Of a stretch of DNA of 64,000 bases, positions 37,667-50,863 are shown piece after piece. The DNA lies in contig NC_058373.1 of the NCBI RefSeq assembly GCF_018350175.1, forward strand, positions 103,046,001 to 103,110,000, read 5' to 3'. This stretch comes from Felis catus (taxonomy: Eukaryota). A model generated the notes under the pieces. That model was given only the letters and a program-made list of their open reading frames with translations. It was not told where the DNA came from and did not search any database. The stretch's first letter is position 1. The number at the start of each line of letters is the position of its first letter. Position numbers and translations under genes: made by a program.

Positions 37667-38728
37667 AAATTGCCAGTTATTAAAAAAATTCCAGATCATA
37701 GCTGGCTAGGAAATGCCTCTGTGTGCTTTCCTCAGGTGTAGGTGGGTGGGTGTGGTTGGTGGGTGTGGTAGTATGTGTGCACACACAGTCCGTGCAGTAA
37801 GGTGCCCGTTTGAAGGTGCCCCAGCAACACCTCTGATCTCCTTCCAGCCCCACACCACCAAGCACCAGTGGCATATCACCTGATCTGGGCTGCTGTCAGC
37901 CATCCTCTTTTCATATTTTGCCATCCTCTTTTTGGGGGGCCCGGGAGGGAAGAAGTATGTGGAGAATCAAGACATTTGTTGAAATTCCATATGGTTGTGA
38001 GAGAATTTGCTAAGCCCCAAATGCTTTATACAACTCAGTGAGGGCATTCTGTAAACAACAGCCAGGATTTAGGGAACTGGTGGAACATTCCCATAGAAAG
38101 AAAGAATCGGAAAAGATAAAAGGAAAAAAAAGTTAGGCTTCAAAGACCCTGGGAGATTATTTATAGAAATAGCATGCGACAATGAGAACTGACAAAATTA
38201 TTTTCCAATGTTAGATGGTCTGGTATCACCGAGGGAACTTTCCATCTGATTAAAAATAATTATTGCTGGCATTAAATCCAGTTGGAATCACCCAGCACGA
38301 TTTATCTTCTATTTCATGCTGCTACCATATGCCCGACATTGTGGAGCAGGAACATTCTCTTTCATTCTGATAAATAGTACTTTGTAAATATTTAGAGACG
38401 GAAGCTCAGGATCGCTGAACAGTTCTGACAGGGAACATGTACAGATGAGCTGGTTATTCATGTTCCTGACAGAGACTCTGTTTGAGGTGGAGGGCCCGGA
38501 AGCATTCACGAAGCCAGGTATGCCTTCCCCAGAAGTCTTGTTCAAAATTGACAGCGATTGGAGCGGCATGGCTGGGCTCTGCGGTGGGAGCGGTGCTTTC
38601 CAAAAGCGCACACGTACTTTGGAGTAAGACATTCTGCTGTCTGGCTAGTGCTGTATATGTTGACAAACTGCGATATTTATTAAACTTGCCTTTTTTGGAA
38701 CACTGGATTCAAGAGAAAAATTACAATT

Positions 38729-39078
38729 AATGTGACTTTATTTGGAGAGAGGGTCTTTACAGAGATAATCAAGTTACAATGAGGTCATGGGGGCGGGGCT
38801 AATCCAGTATGACTGGCGACCTTATGAAAAAGGGGAAGCTTGGACACATGGATAAGCACGGAGGGAAGACAATGTGAAGGCATATAGAAGAGTGCCATCT
38901 ACAAACGAAGAAGAAAGGCCTAGAACAGCTTTCCCCCTCCAGCCCTTAGAAGCAGCCAACCCTGCCAGTACCTTGACTTTGGGACTTCTGGTCTCCAAAA
39001 CTATGAGATAATGAATTTCTGTTGCTTAAGCCACCCAGTCTGTGATACTTGTTACAGCAGCCTTAGCAAACTAATATA
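38729..39078 (+). mobile_element. MaLR LTR (MLT1B-like), 5'-truncated
   Basis: 'aatgtgactttatttggagagagggtctttacagagataatcaagtta...ttaagccacccagtctgtgatacttgttacagcagccttagcaaactaata'. Confidence 0.9.
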
Positions 39079-42000
39079 GGAAGAAATCATACGCAATGCT
39101 CTTTGAGGGTTTCTTTTTAGGGAACTTGTGTCCCCCAGAAGAGAAGGACTTCTACTTTACTCTCCAGGTGGGAGCTTCTGGGGGGAATCCCTGTTCCTGT
39201 CTCCCCTCCTGTAAGGAGGAGTAGGTCATCAGATCACTGACACTGGGACATGGGTCACTAATTGTATGGTCTAGTCTATTGTGCCTTGTTCTCTCTGTGA
39301 CTGCCGGGCTCTCAAACTCAGCATCCTCTTTCATCCACTCTACTACCTTGCAGCAAACTGTCCAAGCCAGGCTGCACACTCCCTGTGATTGGGGGATCAC
39401 CCTCCTCCGGGCCTTTTCTTGTGCTCCATTCAAGGAAAAGCGTAAAACATTCCAGGCCAGTCTCATCATGCTCAAGCTGGCTCTCTACTAATATCGGCAG
39501 TGACAAAATTAGTAGTTTCGTATCTGTTGTCTTAGTCTCCTGTGAGAATACTCTGTTGTCTGGGACTATAGTATCCTGAATGAACTCCTTAGAGTTTACT
39601 TGCTGTAAATATTAGTTTCTGGGTGTCCTTGACTCTTCTAAGGAGTAGAATTGGACTATCGGCACTCATCCTGATTGTTTATGTATGGGTGTGCCTACCC
39701 CCAAAATTGGAACTGTTAGAAAAACACAAATAGTAGTAATTCCAATATTCAGTTACCATTGGATTCAAGTGAGAATTTTCTGTTCATGCCATTTATGTAC
39801 ATATGACATAGCCCCCAAAATGAGGAAACTTGCCAGATCAGCATTCCTCTGTAACTGTTGATGATGTTTCAAAGAGCCTATAGAAAATCATTCTCTAACC
39901 ATGTCTAGATCATTTCCAATGCACTTTTCTATAAGGAACATCTCATCTGCACCATTCTGTCCCCATTCTGAAGTCTGTAGCTTTAAATTTCGCATCTTTA
40001 AGGAGCAGGGATGAGTATCTTAGGGTATATGTCTTACCTGTTCATTGTTAAAAATCATTTATCAATCTTGAATACATCTCCCAAAATATTTACCTTGGGT
40101 AATTTATCAGAGTGAAAGAGTTTTTTCTACTCAGCAAAGTCAGGGTCTGGTAGCTCTGCAATACAGAAAATGAATTGTGCAGAAAGTAATGTCAATTGTC
40201 ATTAGAAACAAAGAGCAAGAGGAAGAAAGAGAAGAAAAATGTAGAGCAAAGGAGCAAATTTGTTGTTACTAAAGTGCCCAGAAAAGATGCTGTAAGGAGT
40301 TAAGAGAGCCTCCTTTCCTTGTCCTCGAATCTATGGACCAGAGCCCAGCCACGCAGTGAGAATGGGGGAGTATGAGGGGTGTGGGGAGAGGAGGAAGGAG
40401 ATAAAGAGTGGATGCTAGCAAAGTGTGGAGACACAAAGAAAGAGAAGTAGAGGAAATTGTGTCTGCCTATATTTTCTCCTGATTGAACATGCACAGATAA
40501 AATTAAACACTAGGAGTTTTCTAAATAGTCACCAATTTCTATAGCTAAATACTAGACAATGGTACTTTAAAATAGCATTTATATAGAATACAGGCCCATA
40601 GTTCTTTATCCTTCTGCAAATAAAAAAAAAACACTTTACATAGAAGAATTTGGGTTCTGCAGGTTATGCACCTGGCTGACACAGGTGAACGTTGTCTCTA
40701 ACGGAAACAACGGATGGTTTGGAGAAGAGCAGATTCAGCAGTTTTCACCAACTGGTGAGGAGGAGAAATTGTTTAACTTTAGTAGCAAAAAGAATACATG
40801 CACAAGGACTGCAGTCCACAGCTGTTAATAAAGGATGGATGCACAGTTCATTTCTGATTCATGTGGTGCATCTTTTGGCTTTGGCCGTGGTGGACCATGA
40901 TGGGGGCAGAGGAATACTGGAGGAGCCCATGTTCAACCTAACTCCTGAAGAATATGGCATTGGAGTGTCCCATCACTGACACTCTTCAGAGTACAGCTTG
41001 GGGAGATGAGGGGTTGATGCATGATGATGATGACAAATTAAACCTGCGGCTTAAATTAGTCTCGTACATATTGAGAAATGTTGGAGACTCTTTAGAAACA
41101 GATATGGACAGTTTTTGCTTGGAGCTTGGGTGTCACCTCAAAGATACAGTTATTACCATTGTGCCTTTAGTGCTTTTTTTTTTTGAGAGGTACCTAAAGT
41201 ATCCCATCTCCTAGGAATAGTACATCTCATCTTTATGTTTTTGCACACGCCATTGGAATGTTCTCCACTCCCTCCTTTCACTTTTCTCAATTTTACTCAA
41301 TCTTCAAGGATTCTATCAAATGTCATCTTTTCCCATGAAATTTCTTGACATGCCCAGGCAGTGATGATTTTAATGTAATCCCAGAAAACTTAGTGTATAT
41401 ATTGTCCACAGCTGGTATGAATTTTGCTTCACTACCATGCTCGGTTAACCAAAAAACATCTGAGTAATGAATTCATCCCAAACATTAAATTAGATGACTT
41501 GGAATTTCACTGGGCAAGATGACAAAAAAAAAAAAAATCCATCTCAGTTCTTACTGGGATTTACCACCCCACCCCATTACTCAAAGGCCCCAGGGGTCTT
41601 ACAGAATCTAGCATAGTCTGTCTTTTGTCCTTATTTGGTTCCACTGGGATGCTTCTTGTCCCAGTCATTTCTGCCTTCCATGCCACTTGGGGAATGGAGG
41701 CCTCTGGAAAGGCTGGGTTGGCGGGCGGGGGGAGTGACTAGAACACAGGGCATAACCCTCCCATAAAAACACCACTCTACCATTTTCCACTTAGCTTTGC
41801 CCACCTCCATAGGATGCTAAAAAGGTTAAGTCTTGAAAAGCCTGAGAATTGAAAAGCTCAATCCCAATCTACTCTCAAGGAGTCTCCTGCATCCTGGCAC
41901 CTTGTCTTGTTTCTACCTCTACCCCTCCACATATTTCCTAGTAAACTCCGCCCCTACCCCCTGACATATCCCATACCTGTCTTTCAGTGAGCCTTTGGAA

Positions 42001-42127
42001 ATACATCCTGAGGATGGGGGTGGGGAGCAGGATGGCTGACACCAGTCAGTTCTCTCTTACCTATTTACCCAGTTATACTCTCATTTGACATTCACCATAT
42101 AAAGCTTTATAGTTATTACTTGTTTCC

Positions 42128-42352
42128 TTTTTCTTTAAAAACTTTTTTTAATGTTTATTTATTTTGGAAGGAGAGAGAGATAGAGTGTGAGTGGGGGAGG
42201 AGCAGAGAGAGAAGATGACACAGAATCCAAAACAGGTTCCAGGCTCTGAGCTGTCAACACAGAGTCTGACATGGGGCTCGAACCCCCAAGCTGTGAGATC
42301 ATGGCCTGACCTGAAGTCAGGTGCTTAACCGACTGAGCCACCCAGGCACCCC
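42128..42352 (-). mobile_element. CanSINE
   Basis: Reverse SINE; short TSD acttgtt. Confidence 0.95.
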
Positions 42353-42580
42353 ACTTGTTACCTTTTTCAAATTCAGTGTCTCACCTACCCAACTAAGTTT
42401 ATAAATTTCTACAGACATTGACCATACACCAGAAGTCTTTATATTCCTTACAGTGCCAGGCATACAATGATTTATTTTCATTAATAGATGGAGAAACACA
42501 AATAGCTAGGTGGTTTTTTTCTATTTATTTTCTCTTTGATGAAACTGCTAGTAAGTCAGGATTTCTCGTAGAGCCTTTTT

Positions 42581-42791
42581 AAAATTTTTTTTGTAACGTT
42601 TATTTATTTTTGAGACAGAGAGAGACAAAGCATGAATGGGGGAGGGTCAGAGAGAGGGAGACACAGAATCTGAAACAGGCTCCAGGCTCTGAGCTGTCAG
42701 CACAGAGCCCGACGTGGGGCTCGAATTCACGGACCGCGAGATCATGACCTGAGCCGAAGTCGGCTGCCTAACCGACTGAGCCACCCAGGCG
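42581..42791 (-). mobile_element. CanSINE (feline SINEC_Fc)
   Basis: TSD tcgtag(a/g)gccttttt; lacks the first few head bases. Confidence 0.96.
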
Positions 42792-42979
42792 TCGTAGGGC
42801 CTTTTTTAAAGGTGAAGGAAATTCACTATAACCTCTAAATGCTATTTATACTTTAGGACCTTGTTCAAACATCACCTTCCCTGAGTTGTCTAAATAAGAG
42901 TAATCTTTATTTTCTATAAATTCACAAAATATTTTAACCCTTTCTCTCCTTTTCTAGGCCTAGATTTCTGGATATTGAG

Positions 42980-43195
42980 AAAGTAGTGTGTGGGGTGGGT
43001 AAGAACACAGATTCTGGAGCCGAATCACTTGGGTTCAAAATCTGGCTATGTTGCTTCCTAGGTTTGTGACTCTGGGCAGTTTCCTCATTTGGAAAATAAT
43101 GATAATAATAGTAGCTATCTCCTGTTAAGAGTTATGTGAGTTTATACAAAGAAAGCACTTGGGACAGAGTGGCATTCCATATACCTTAGCCATTA
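42980..43195 (+). mobile_element. MIR SINE
   Basis: 'gtaagaacacagattctggagccg...cttgggttcaaaatctggct...gtgactctgggcagtttcctcatttggaaaat'. Confidence 0.82.
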
Positions 43196-43777
43196 ATATA
43201 TGTGCTTTTGACTCACAGTGTTTCAGTGTTAATTTAGAAATCCCTATCACAATAGTAATATGATAATAACTTGAAGTAAGTGGAAGAAAAAGATATATAA
43301 TCATAAAAATGGATTTTTAAAATAAATCACTGAATGAACATACACAGTAATCAGAACTAAACTGGTAAAATGTTCCCTGAACAAGGACCTTTGATGATCT
43401 GCTTTAAAGAAGAAAATTATCTGTAGTTAGCATATCAATTTTTTGCAAAGAATGCTTCTAAAGTATCTTAAGGGTTGAAAATAATTTGCTCTGTCCAGCA
43501 CTTGAGAGATTTAACAGCTTTAGGTAACATATGCTAGAGATATGCACATTTTACAAACCAAATAAATAAAGGTGTGGTTCTACATCTAACAAAGGAAGTT
43601 ACCATATTATTTTAAATGAGCCCAGTTAAGTAATGTCTGATGGATGATAAACACTAATTTGTCCCAAATCAGTGAGGTTTTCCAACTTTGTGATCATTTA
43701 TCTAAGCATACCAAACACAAATGACCTGGAATGTTTCTAGGACCCAAATTAGACCCAGTTTTTCAAAGGATGGTATT

Positions 43778-44094
43778 GATGTAGGCTGAGGTTCCTTGGG
43801 AACAAATGTTGAGATGGAGATTTGCTTGCAGGAGGTTTAGTGGGGAGTGCTCCAAGGAACAATACCTGGAAGGAAGTGACGGGAGCCGGGTTGGGCAGAG
43901 GAGGAAGATGCATTTTGATGAAGTTGCCACAAAGATCTCTTTTGATCTCACAGGGAGCCCTGGAACTAGGGTGGCCCTTCATGATTACCCAAAATTGAGG
44001 CAAGGGTCTAGGCTTCTGTATGACTATCACTACCAGCATGCATGTGTGTACACACACACACACACACACACGCAAACACACACACACACACACA

Positions 44095-44145
<51 letters not shown>

Positions 44146-44325
44146 ACCAACATGAGAAAGGAAGGGACCATAACATTGTTCAGTATGGCTCCTGTCAGTT
44201 GTTGGCAATTTGTGAAGGGTAACTTAGCTATGAGTCTTCATTAGCCAAACTCCAGAAAACTGAGGGAAAGAATTATCCAGACGCTGAAAGCAGGATCTAG
44301 GTGTCACATCACAGCCATCTACTGT
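43778..44325 (-). mobile_element. ERVL solo LTR (LTR16-like)
   Basis: 'tgtaggctgaggttccttgggaacaaatgttgagatggagatttgcttgcaggaggtttagtggggagtgctc' resembles reverse LTR16. Confidence 0.8.
44050..44142. repeat. Long interrupted (CA)n microsatellite
   Basis: Directly visible. Confidence 0.97.
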
Positions 44326-47300
44326 ACCACACCAGAGAGACAACAATTCATTTGACTTGATTTTAAAGTTTATGAAGGATTTTAAAGCTTATGAAGTTTC
44401 AGTGCTGAACAAGTTATCTATGGACCCTAATTTCAGTGCTTAACAAGTTAGCTGTGTCTTCCTTACCCAGAGTTCTTATGTTGAAATTGGAGATGCTATA
44501 TGAGAAGTGGCCAAGATGGATCTTGGATGAAAAGAGTCACCCAAATCTGCCTTAGATGGAACATTCATAGACAGCCCCTTATCAAGGCTAATACTACTTT
44601 AATTAAACATGCTCCCAGAGCCTTGTGATTTTTGTTCTAGGGCCAAAAGAACAGCTCATCCCTCCCTTGCCTATTGAATTTACTTTGGTTCTCTACCGGC
44701 CAAAGTGGGGGAGGGGTGGAGGGTCAATCTGGCAATTACATGGATGATGAAATTCATAGAATATTCTTCCTCAGCATCAAATCTATACTGAAAATGAGAA
44801 AATGGAAGGATTCTGCTTCTGTGCTGGGAACTTGTACACATCTTACTCCCTCATAGTGTCATAATACAGTGCATTTATTTCGAATGTGATTAAAACCCAG
44901 GAGTAAACAATGCATATTAATTGATCCATGCACCGCAGTGAACAATAAGTTTGAGTCCCTGGATTGATTTCTCCGAGGAAGCCAATAAAGTAAGTAGACC
45001 TTGCATTATTTATCACTGGTCATCCAACGTAATGTTTAAGTCAACAGAACTGCCTTGCTTTCTGTGTTTCCTCAGGGAGAGTAGCAGGCTTATGTAGGGG
45101 ATATCAGGATACAGCATCAGATCTTTACTCTGAATCTTTCCAAACTCAACAGAAGGACCATCCTGAGCTTTCTCTTTTCTTTCTTGAGTACATATGTGTA
45201 CAATGAAAGACAGTTCATTTGTAACCTTAGAAAGAAGATATTAGACCAAAAAGAAACCAAGTATATTTTAACCTATCAGATGAATCATTTTTCCCATGAG
45301 ATCAATTATCATTAATGACTTTAATTAAGGAGTCATGTGAACTATTTATTTTGGAAAATGTATATCCATGTGGTTTGCACTATTGAATTTTAGCTCTCTG
45401 CTGTGATTGTGCCCTTTCAAAACACACTATTAATGTGAAATCTCTTTGGTGTTATATTCTTAGGTTGTGGTGCTGAGGGTATATTTTACAGTGACATTGA
45501 CCAGGTTTCGCCTGGCATCTAACTAACTGTGAAGCTAGAATTATTCTTGTTCGTTTGAGTTTCCAACTTGGAATTCGTAAGATAAATGAGTCAGTTGCCT
45601 CTATTCTCTAGCAATTACCTGGTAATTGGGGCATTTAATCAGAATACTGACTTGAAGGACTTTAGCCTGATTAGATGCTGTTGGCATGAAAAAAAGATTC
45701 AACTCCTAGTTCATCTCATTCATGTGCTGTATTCACACCTAAAGCCCAGATCAAACCCAAGTCCAGATAAATGGATACTGATTAAAATGCTTTATGGAGA
45801 TTAAAGAGACTTAGAGGCCAATCTTCTACAAAATACTTTGGTTAATAATGTACTTTCTGTAATTATTTATTATTCATCTACTTGGTGCAAGAAAGTTCTT
45901 CCTAGGTACACAAACACGAATAATATGGCTGTTGAATTCAAGAGTCATTGGTTGGCCTGTTTCACTTAAACAGAGTATCAATCAAGATAAATCACAGTCC
46001 CTGAGTGTCTTCTGTGAAAACCAGATAACCACTGTACTTCGTGATCCACACAGTGAAGATGAAACAGACAAGTATTTGTGGTTTGTAGCAAAATTATCAA
46101 GATTAACATACATATTAGTTAAATCTCACTGTCTACTAGAATCACCTGGAATGTTTTCAAAAACAAAGATTTCTTGACCACACCCTGGACTTGTTATATT
46201 AGAATATGTGGGCTTGGGGCCTTTGCCTCAATTTCTCAAGTAGCTTAGGTGATTTAATGTGTCAATAACTGTTGACATAGTAAAAAAAAAATTAACTTTA
46301 AGATTACGTGTGCAGAGTTGTAACAAGAAGATAGACGATCCTGACTGTCTGTGGGGCCCTAGGAAGAACAGGTGTGTGTATACAGGGGTGGAATGGAGTT
46401 GGAGGCACAGGAGCCAAGGGGACATCCTCTGGCCATCTCAGTCTGGCCCTGCAAAGGCGTCTCCACTCATGAATGCATGACATTACTTGCCAGCAGAAAG
46501 AGCTGTAAGAGGATGGCCTCTGCTTCACATCTGCCTTCCAAACCTCAAGTGTCATTTGAGGACTTTTCACCTTTGCTGAATAGGAAGATACCATAAAAGA
46601 AGGGTGGAATGGGGTCGAGCTAGAAAATCTAAGTATCCCTCACAGCCATTTCTTGGAGATTGAACACATCCATTCTCTTGGTTTCAAGTACTATCACAAT
46701 GACGTTGCCACTCCAGTCAATCTCCGCAGCTAACACCTCTTCTCTGCAATTCAAATATACACACCCAAATGCCTCCCAGACCACCCCACCTAGGTATTCC
46801 AGGTAATGCAAAGTTAGCGTATTCCCAGGTCAGCTGGCCTCACTGGCTTCTCTTTCCATGCACTGATTCCCAGTTGCTGGGAATGTCACCGTCACTCACT
46901 CAGGCACCCAGGCTGCATTCTTCAACTATGTGCTGAGCTCCTTCCTTTGCCTCATCTCCCATATCCAATCTCCTAGAGTTGTCTGTTTGTCTTATGAGTT
47001 TTTCTCATTGATCCTGTCCTCTCCAGCCCTGCTACCACTGTTCTCCATTATTTCTTACCTGGATTTCTGCAACAACTTCCTAATTGGTTTCCCTAGTACC
47101 AGTCTTCAACCCCTCAAATCTATATCCTCCATAGAGTAGACTATGATTGCAACAAATATGATCACCTCAACTCCTTGCTTGATGGTTCTTCGTCACCTAT
47201 CGCAATAGCCTTAAACTCGTCCTGCACATTAAAATCTATATACAGTGTATTATAAGACATATCTTGGGGGCTTTTAAAATTATTAATACCTAAGCCCCAT

Positions 47301-47351
47301 TTCTGACCAATTGAATCAGAATCTCTGGGGCTAGGGTTTAGAAATCAATAT

Positions 47352-47548
47352 ATTTTCTAAATGTTTATTTATTTTGAGAAAGAGAGAGCTTATCAGAGTG
47401 TGAGCAGGGGAGGGGTAGAAAGAAAGTCCCAAGCAGGCTTCATGCTCAGTGTGGGACCTGATGGGGGTTCGATCTCATGACCCCAAGATCTTGACCTGAG
47501 CCAAAATCAAGAGTCAGACACTTAACTGACAAGCCACCCAGGTGCCCC
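47352..47548 (-). mobile_element. CanSINE (older) inside MER5
   Basis: Reverse head 'aagccacccaggtgcccc'. Confidence 0.93.
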
Positions 47549-47949
47549 AGAATCCATAGTTCTTAAAAGCCCCTAATTGGTTCTAATATGCACTTAAAGC
47601 ATATTAAACTAAATTTTTCCCTGGCTATCTATTGCTACCCAACAAAGCTTAGTTGTCCAACAACGTAGTGGCATAAAACGATCAATCACCATTTTATTAT
47701 ATATCTCACAATGTCATGGATCATGAATTCAGAGGGCTCACCTGGGCAAGCCCCTTCTCTACATCAGGTGTGGTTACTTGTTGGTATTTAAATGACAGAT
47801 GGGCTGCTCTGGAGGGCCCAAGATGGTGTCACTGAAGTCGGAGAGATGAGGCTCCACTGGCACCATCAACCAGAGTGCCTACATGTGGCTTTTTCAGTAT
47901 GGCAATCTCAGATTGGTTGGTCTTGTTATACGGTGGACTACTTACATGG

Positions 47950-48118
47950 CCTTGCTACCCAAAATATGGTCCACAGACCAGCACTACAGGCATTATCACC
48001 TGGAAGTTTGCTAGAGAATGCAGAATCTCTGGCCCCACCCCAGTCCTTCTGAATCAGAATCCACTTCTTAACAAGATCCGCAATGATTCCTGTGCATGCT
48101 AATGTTTGAGAAGCACTG
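47950..48118. mobile_element. MER5A hAT-Charlie DNA transposon
   Basis: 'caaaatatggtccacagaccagcac...tcacctggaagtttgctagagaatgcagaatctctggccccacccca...tgtttgagaagcactg'. Confidence 0.88.
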
Positions 48119-49904
48119 ACTCATGGGTCAAACTCTGATATCCTTGAGGTATTTGAGGTCTTTCACCTAACACGCCATACCTCCAGTAGTAACACTCTCC
48201 ATTCTTCCCTGCACTTTAAGATGCAGGATCACGAAGCAACTTTTGTCTCCCTGGACTTTATTTTCCATGTTTCTGCACGTTGCTCTCCCTGCCTGCAATA
48301 TATTCCTCCTTCCTCCTTTCACCAGACATGTAATACTCGTTCTCTCTACTGAGTCCAGGTGTTGCTTCTAGCAGAGCCTGCCTCTGCCCACATGTGACTT
48401 AGAGTGAGGGACCTCTCCTCTGTGCTGGCATCGCCCTTGTGCAGACCTCCATGACTGCACTTGCAACATTATATTTATATTTTTACAGAATTTTCTGTTT
48501 CTGGGTCAGCAGCCTCCATTATTAAACTGTGAGCTCCTAAAAGATTTATGCCTTAATTACATCTGTTTAAAAGATTTATGCCTCAATTACATCTATTATC
48601 TGTCACTTAATAAATAATAATAGTTGTTCAATTCATGGTTTCTAAATGAAAAGTAATGTTCATGAGTATGTAGTTATGATTGAAATTGTTCTTAGCAAGT
48701 TGTTTAAACCTATCCCGAGCAAGCATCATTGCTTGAGATTCTGACTGAAGAGACCTGGGTGGAGGCCAGGCATTAATATGTAAAGAAATGTCACAGGTAA
48801 TTCTGAGCCACAATCAGAGTATGAAAACTGTGGTTCTAGATATTACTAAGAGTAAGATATGTGTTTTCCTTATTTATTTTGTACTAACTAATCTCACTAT
48901 TTAGTAATTTTGTCCAAGTGGACAAGCAAAAAATTTCAAGAGTTATAATGCCAAATTGTATGAGACTGTGATAATGCTGTTAATGCATTTGTAATTCAAG
49001 CAGCTTTAGGTTGAAAGTCATTGAGTACAGATGTAATCTCATTAATATTTACACCTAATACTTATACTACTAATTGGACATAAGACCTAGTAATCCCTGA
49101 GACAAGGGAGCGAACCCTATGATAACACCTAGCTTCCTTCCTAGAGAGTTTCCAGGGTTCTGGAGAGAGATCCCAGGGCTCCCTGAGCTGAGGAGACAGA
49201 ACTCAGAGTCTGGGGGAGGTCACGGCAGCCAAAGTCTGCAGGGAGAACCCCAGGGAGGAGAGTGTTGCAGAGAAAGAGAGCTCAGAAGATCTGAAGAGGG
49301 ACCTGTCAAGCCTTCACCAAGGAGCTGATTAGCATGTGAAGAAAGTACTAAAGGCTGGAGAAAGAACCACAGAAGGATTAGAGAAAACAATCTTCGGGGC
49401 TCATGTGGTGCTGGAAATAGTTTGGGATTTTGCCATCCAGAGTGGAAAAAACTTCATAACTTACACAACTCATCAAATATTAGGTAATGTCCTCAGAAGG
49501 GTATTGCCTCGGTAGTGAGGAAAATTCTCTCTAGACAAGACTGCTCTGAGCCTGCCTAACAAAGCTTAAAAGCAAGTCTTGACAGGATGAAACTGTTTCC
49601 AATTAACTTAACTATGTCCCAGAATAGGTTCAAAAATAGTTACAGGAATACAAAAATATTGGCACTCAATAAAGTAAAATTCACAATGTTTTAGGACCCA
49701 ATAAAAAATTACCAGGCATTCAAAGAAACACGAAAATATGACCCATAATGAGGAGAAAAGTCAACCAAAACCAACCCAGAAATGACACAGATAATGGTAG
49801 CAGTAGGTAAGGGCATTAAAATTGTTACGTAAACTACACACATATGATCAAGAATGTAGAAAAAGATAGAGCATGTTAAGTAGAGACATTGCAGGTATTT
49901 ATAA

Positions 49905-49967
49905 AGAAAAGAAAAGAAAAAAAGAAAAGAAAAGAAAAGAAAAGAGAAAAGAAAAAAGAAAAGGAAA
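49905..49967. repeat. (GAAAA)n-like purine repeat
   Basis: Directly visible. Confidence 0.9.
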
Positions 49968-50319
49968 GCACCCAAACAGAACATCCAGAGATGAAAACTA
50001 TTATGTCTGAGATGAAATGTACACAAAGTGAGATTAACTGCAAATTAGACACTGAAAAAGGAGAGATTAGTACATTTAAAAATATAGCAATTGAAACTAA
50101 AATGAAGCACTGAGAGAAAAAAGACTGAAAAACCACAGAGCATCCGTCAACTGTAGGACTATCTCAGGTGGCCTCATAAAATAACATGTTGAGTCCAAGG
50201 AGGAGGAGTGAATAAAAAATATGTATATATTTGAACAAAGTGACCAAAATTTTTCCAAATTTGGTGCAAACTGTAGTCCTACAGTTTGAAGAAGCTCAAT
50301 GAGCCCAAACACAAATATT

Positions 50320-50540
50320 CTTTTTAATTTTTTTTTTTAACGTTTATTTATTTTTGAGACAGAGAGAGACAGAGCATGAACAGGGGAGGGGCAGAGAGAG
50401 AGGGAGACACAGAATCCAAACAGGCTCCAGGCTCTGAGCTGTCAGCACAGAGCCCGACGCGGGGCTAGACCTCATGGACCGTGAGATCATGACCTGAGCC
50501 GAAGTCGGGCGCCTAACCGACCAAGCCACCCAGGCGCCCC
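50320..50540 (-). mobile_element. CanSINE (feline SINEC_Fc)
   Basis: TSD caaacacaaatatt. Confidence 0.97.
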
Positions 50541-50608
50541 CAAACACAAATATTTTTAAAATGCACTGACGACATCATAATCAAATTGCTTAAAATTAGT
50601 GATAATGA

Positions 50609-50830
50609 GGGGCACCTGGGTGGCTCAGTCAGTTAAGCCTCCGACTTCAGCTCAGGACGTGATCTTACCGCTCCTGAGTTCCAGCCCCACGACGGGCTCT
50701 GTGCTGACAGCTTGGAGCCTGGAGCCTGCTTCCAATTCTGTGTCTCCCTCTCTCTCTGTCCTTCTCCCACTCACGCTCGGTCTCTCTCTCTCTCTAAAAA
50801 AAATAAATAAACATTAAAATTTTTTTTAAA
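50609..50830 (+). mobile_element. CanSINE
   Basis: Degenerate TSD aaaattagtgataatga / aaaattagcaatagtga. Confidence 0.96.
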
Positions 50831-50863
50831 AAAATTAGCAATAGTGAAAATATCTCAAAAGCT

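Larger units (their letters stand above)
46630..48630 (+). mobile_element. Fragmented L2 LINE with nested MER5, SINE and MLT elements
   Basis: L2-like 46630-47200 and 48140-48630, ending 'cacttaataaataataatagttgttcaatt'; MER5-like about 47205-47600 and 47950-48118; MLT1-like about 47620-47945. Confidence 0.65.

Noticed and set aside
43749..44244. Overlapping 138-140 aa ORFs with HT/CV repeats
   Set aside because: Produced by the (CA)n microsatellite inside an LTR
8077..44325. LTR16-like or MLT1 LTR pairs as ends of a provirus
   Set aside because: Opposite orientations or different subfamilies, and no gag/pol/env-like internal sequence; these are solo LTRs
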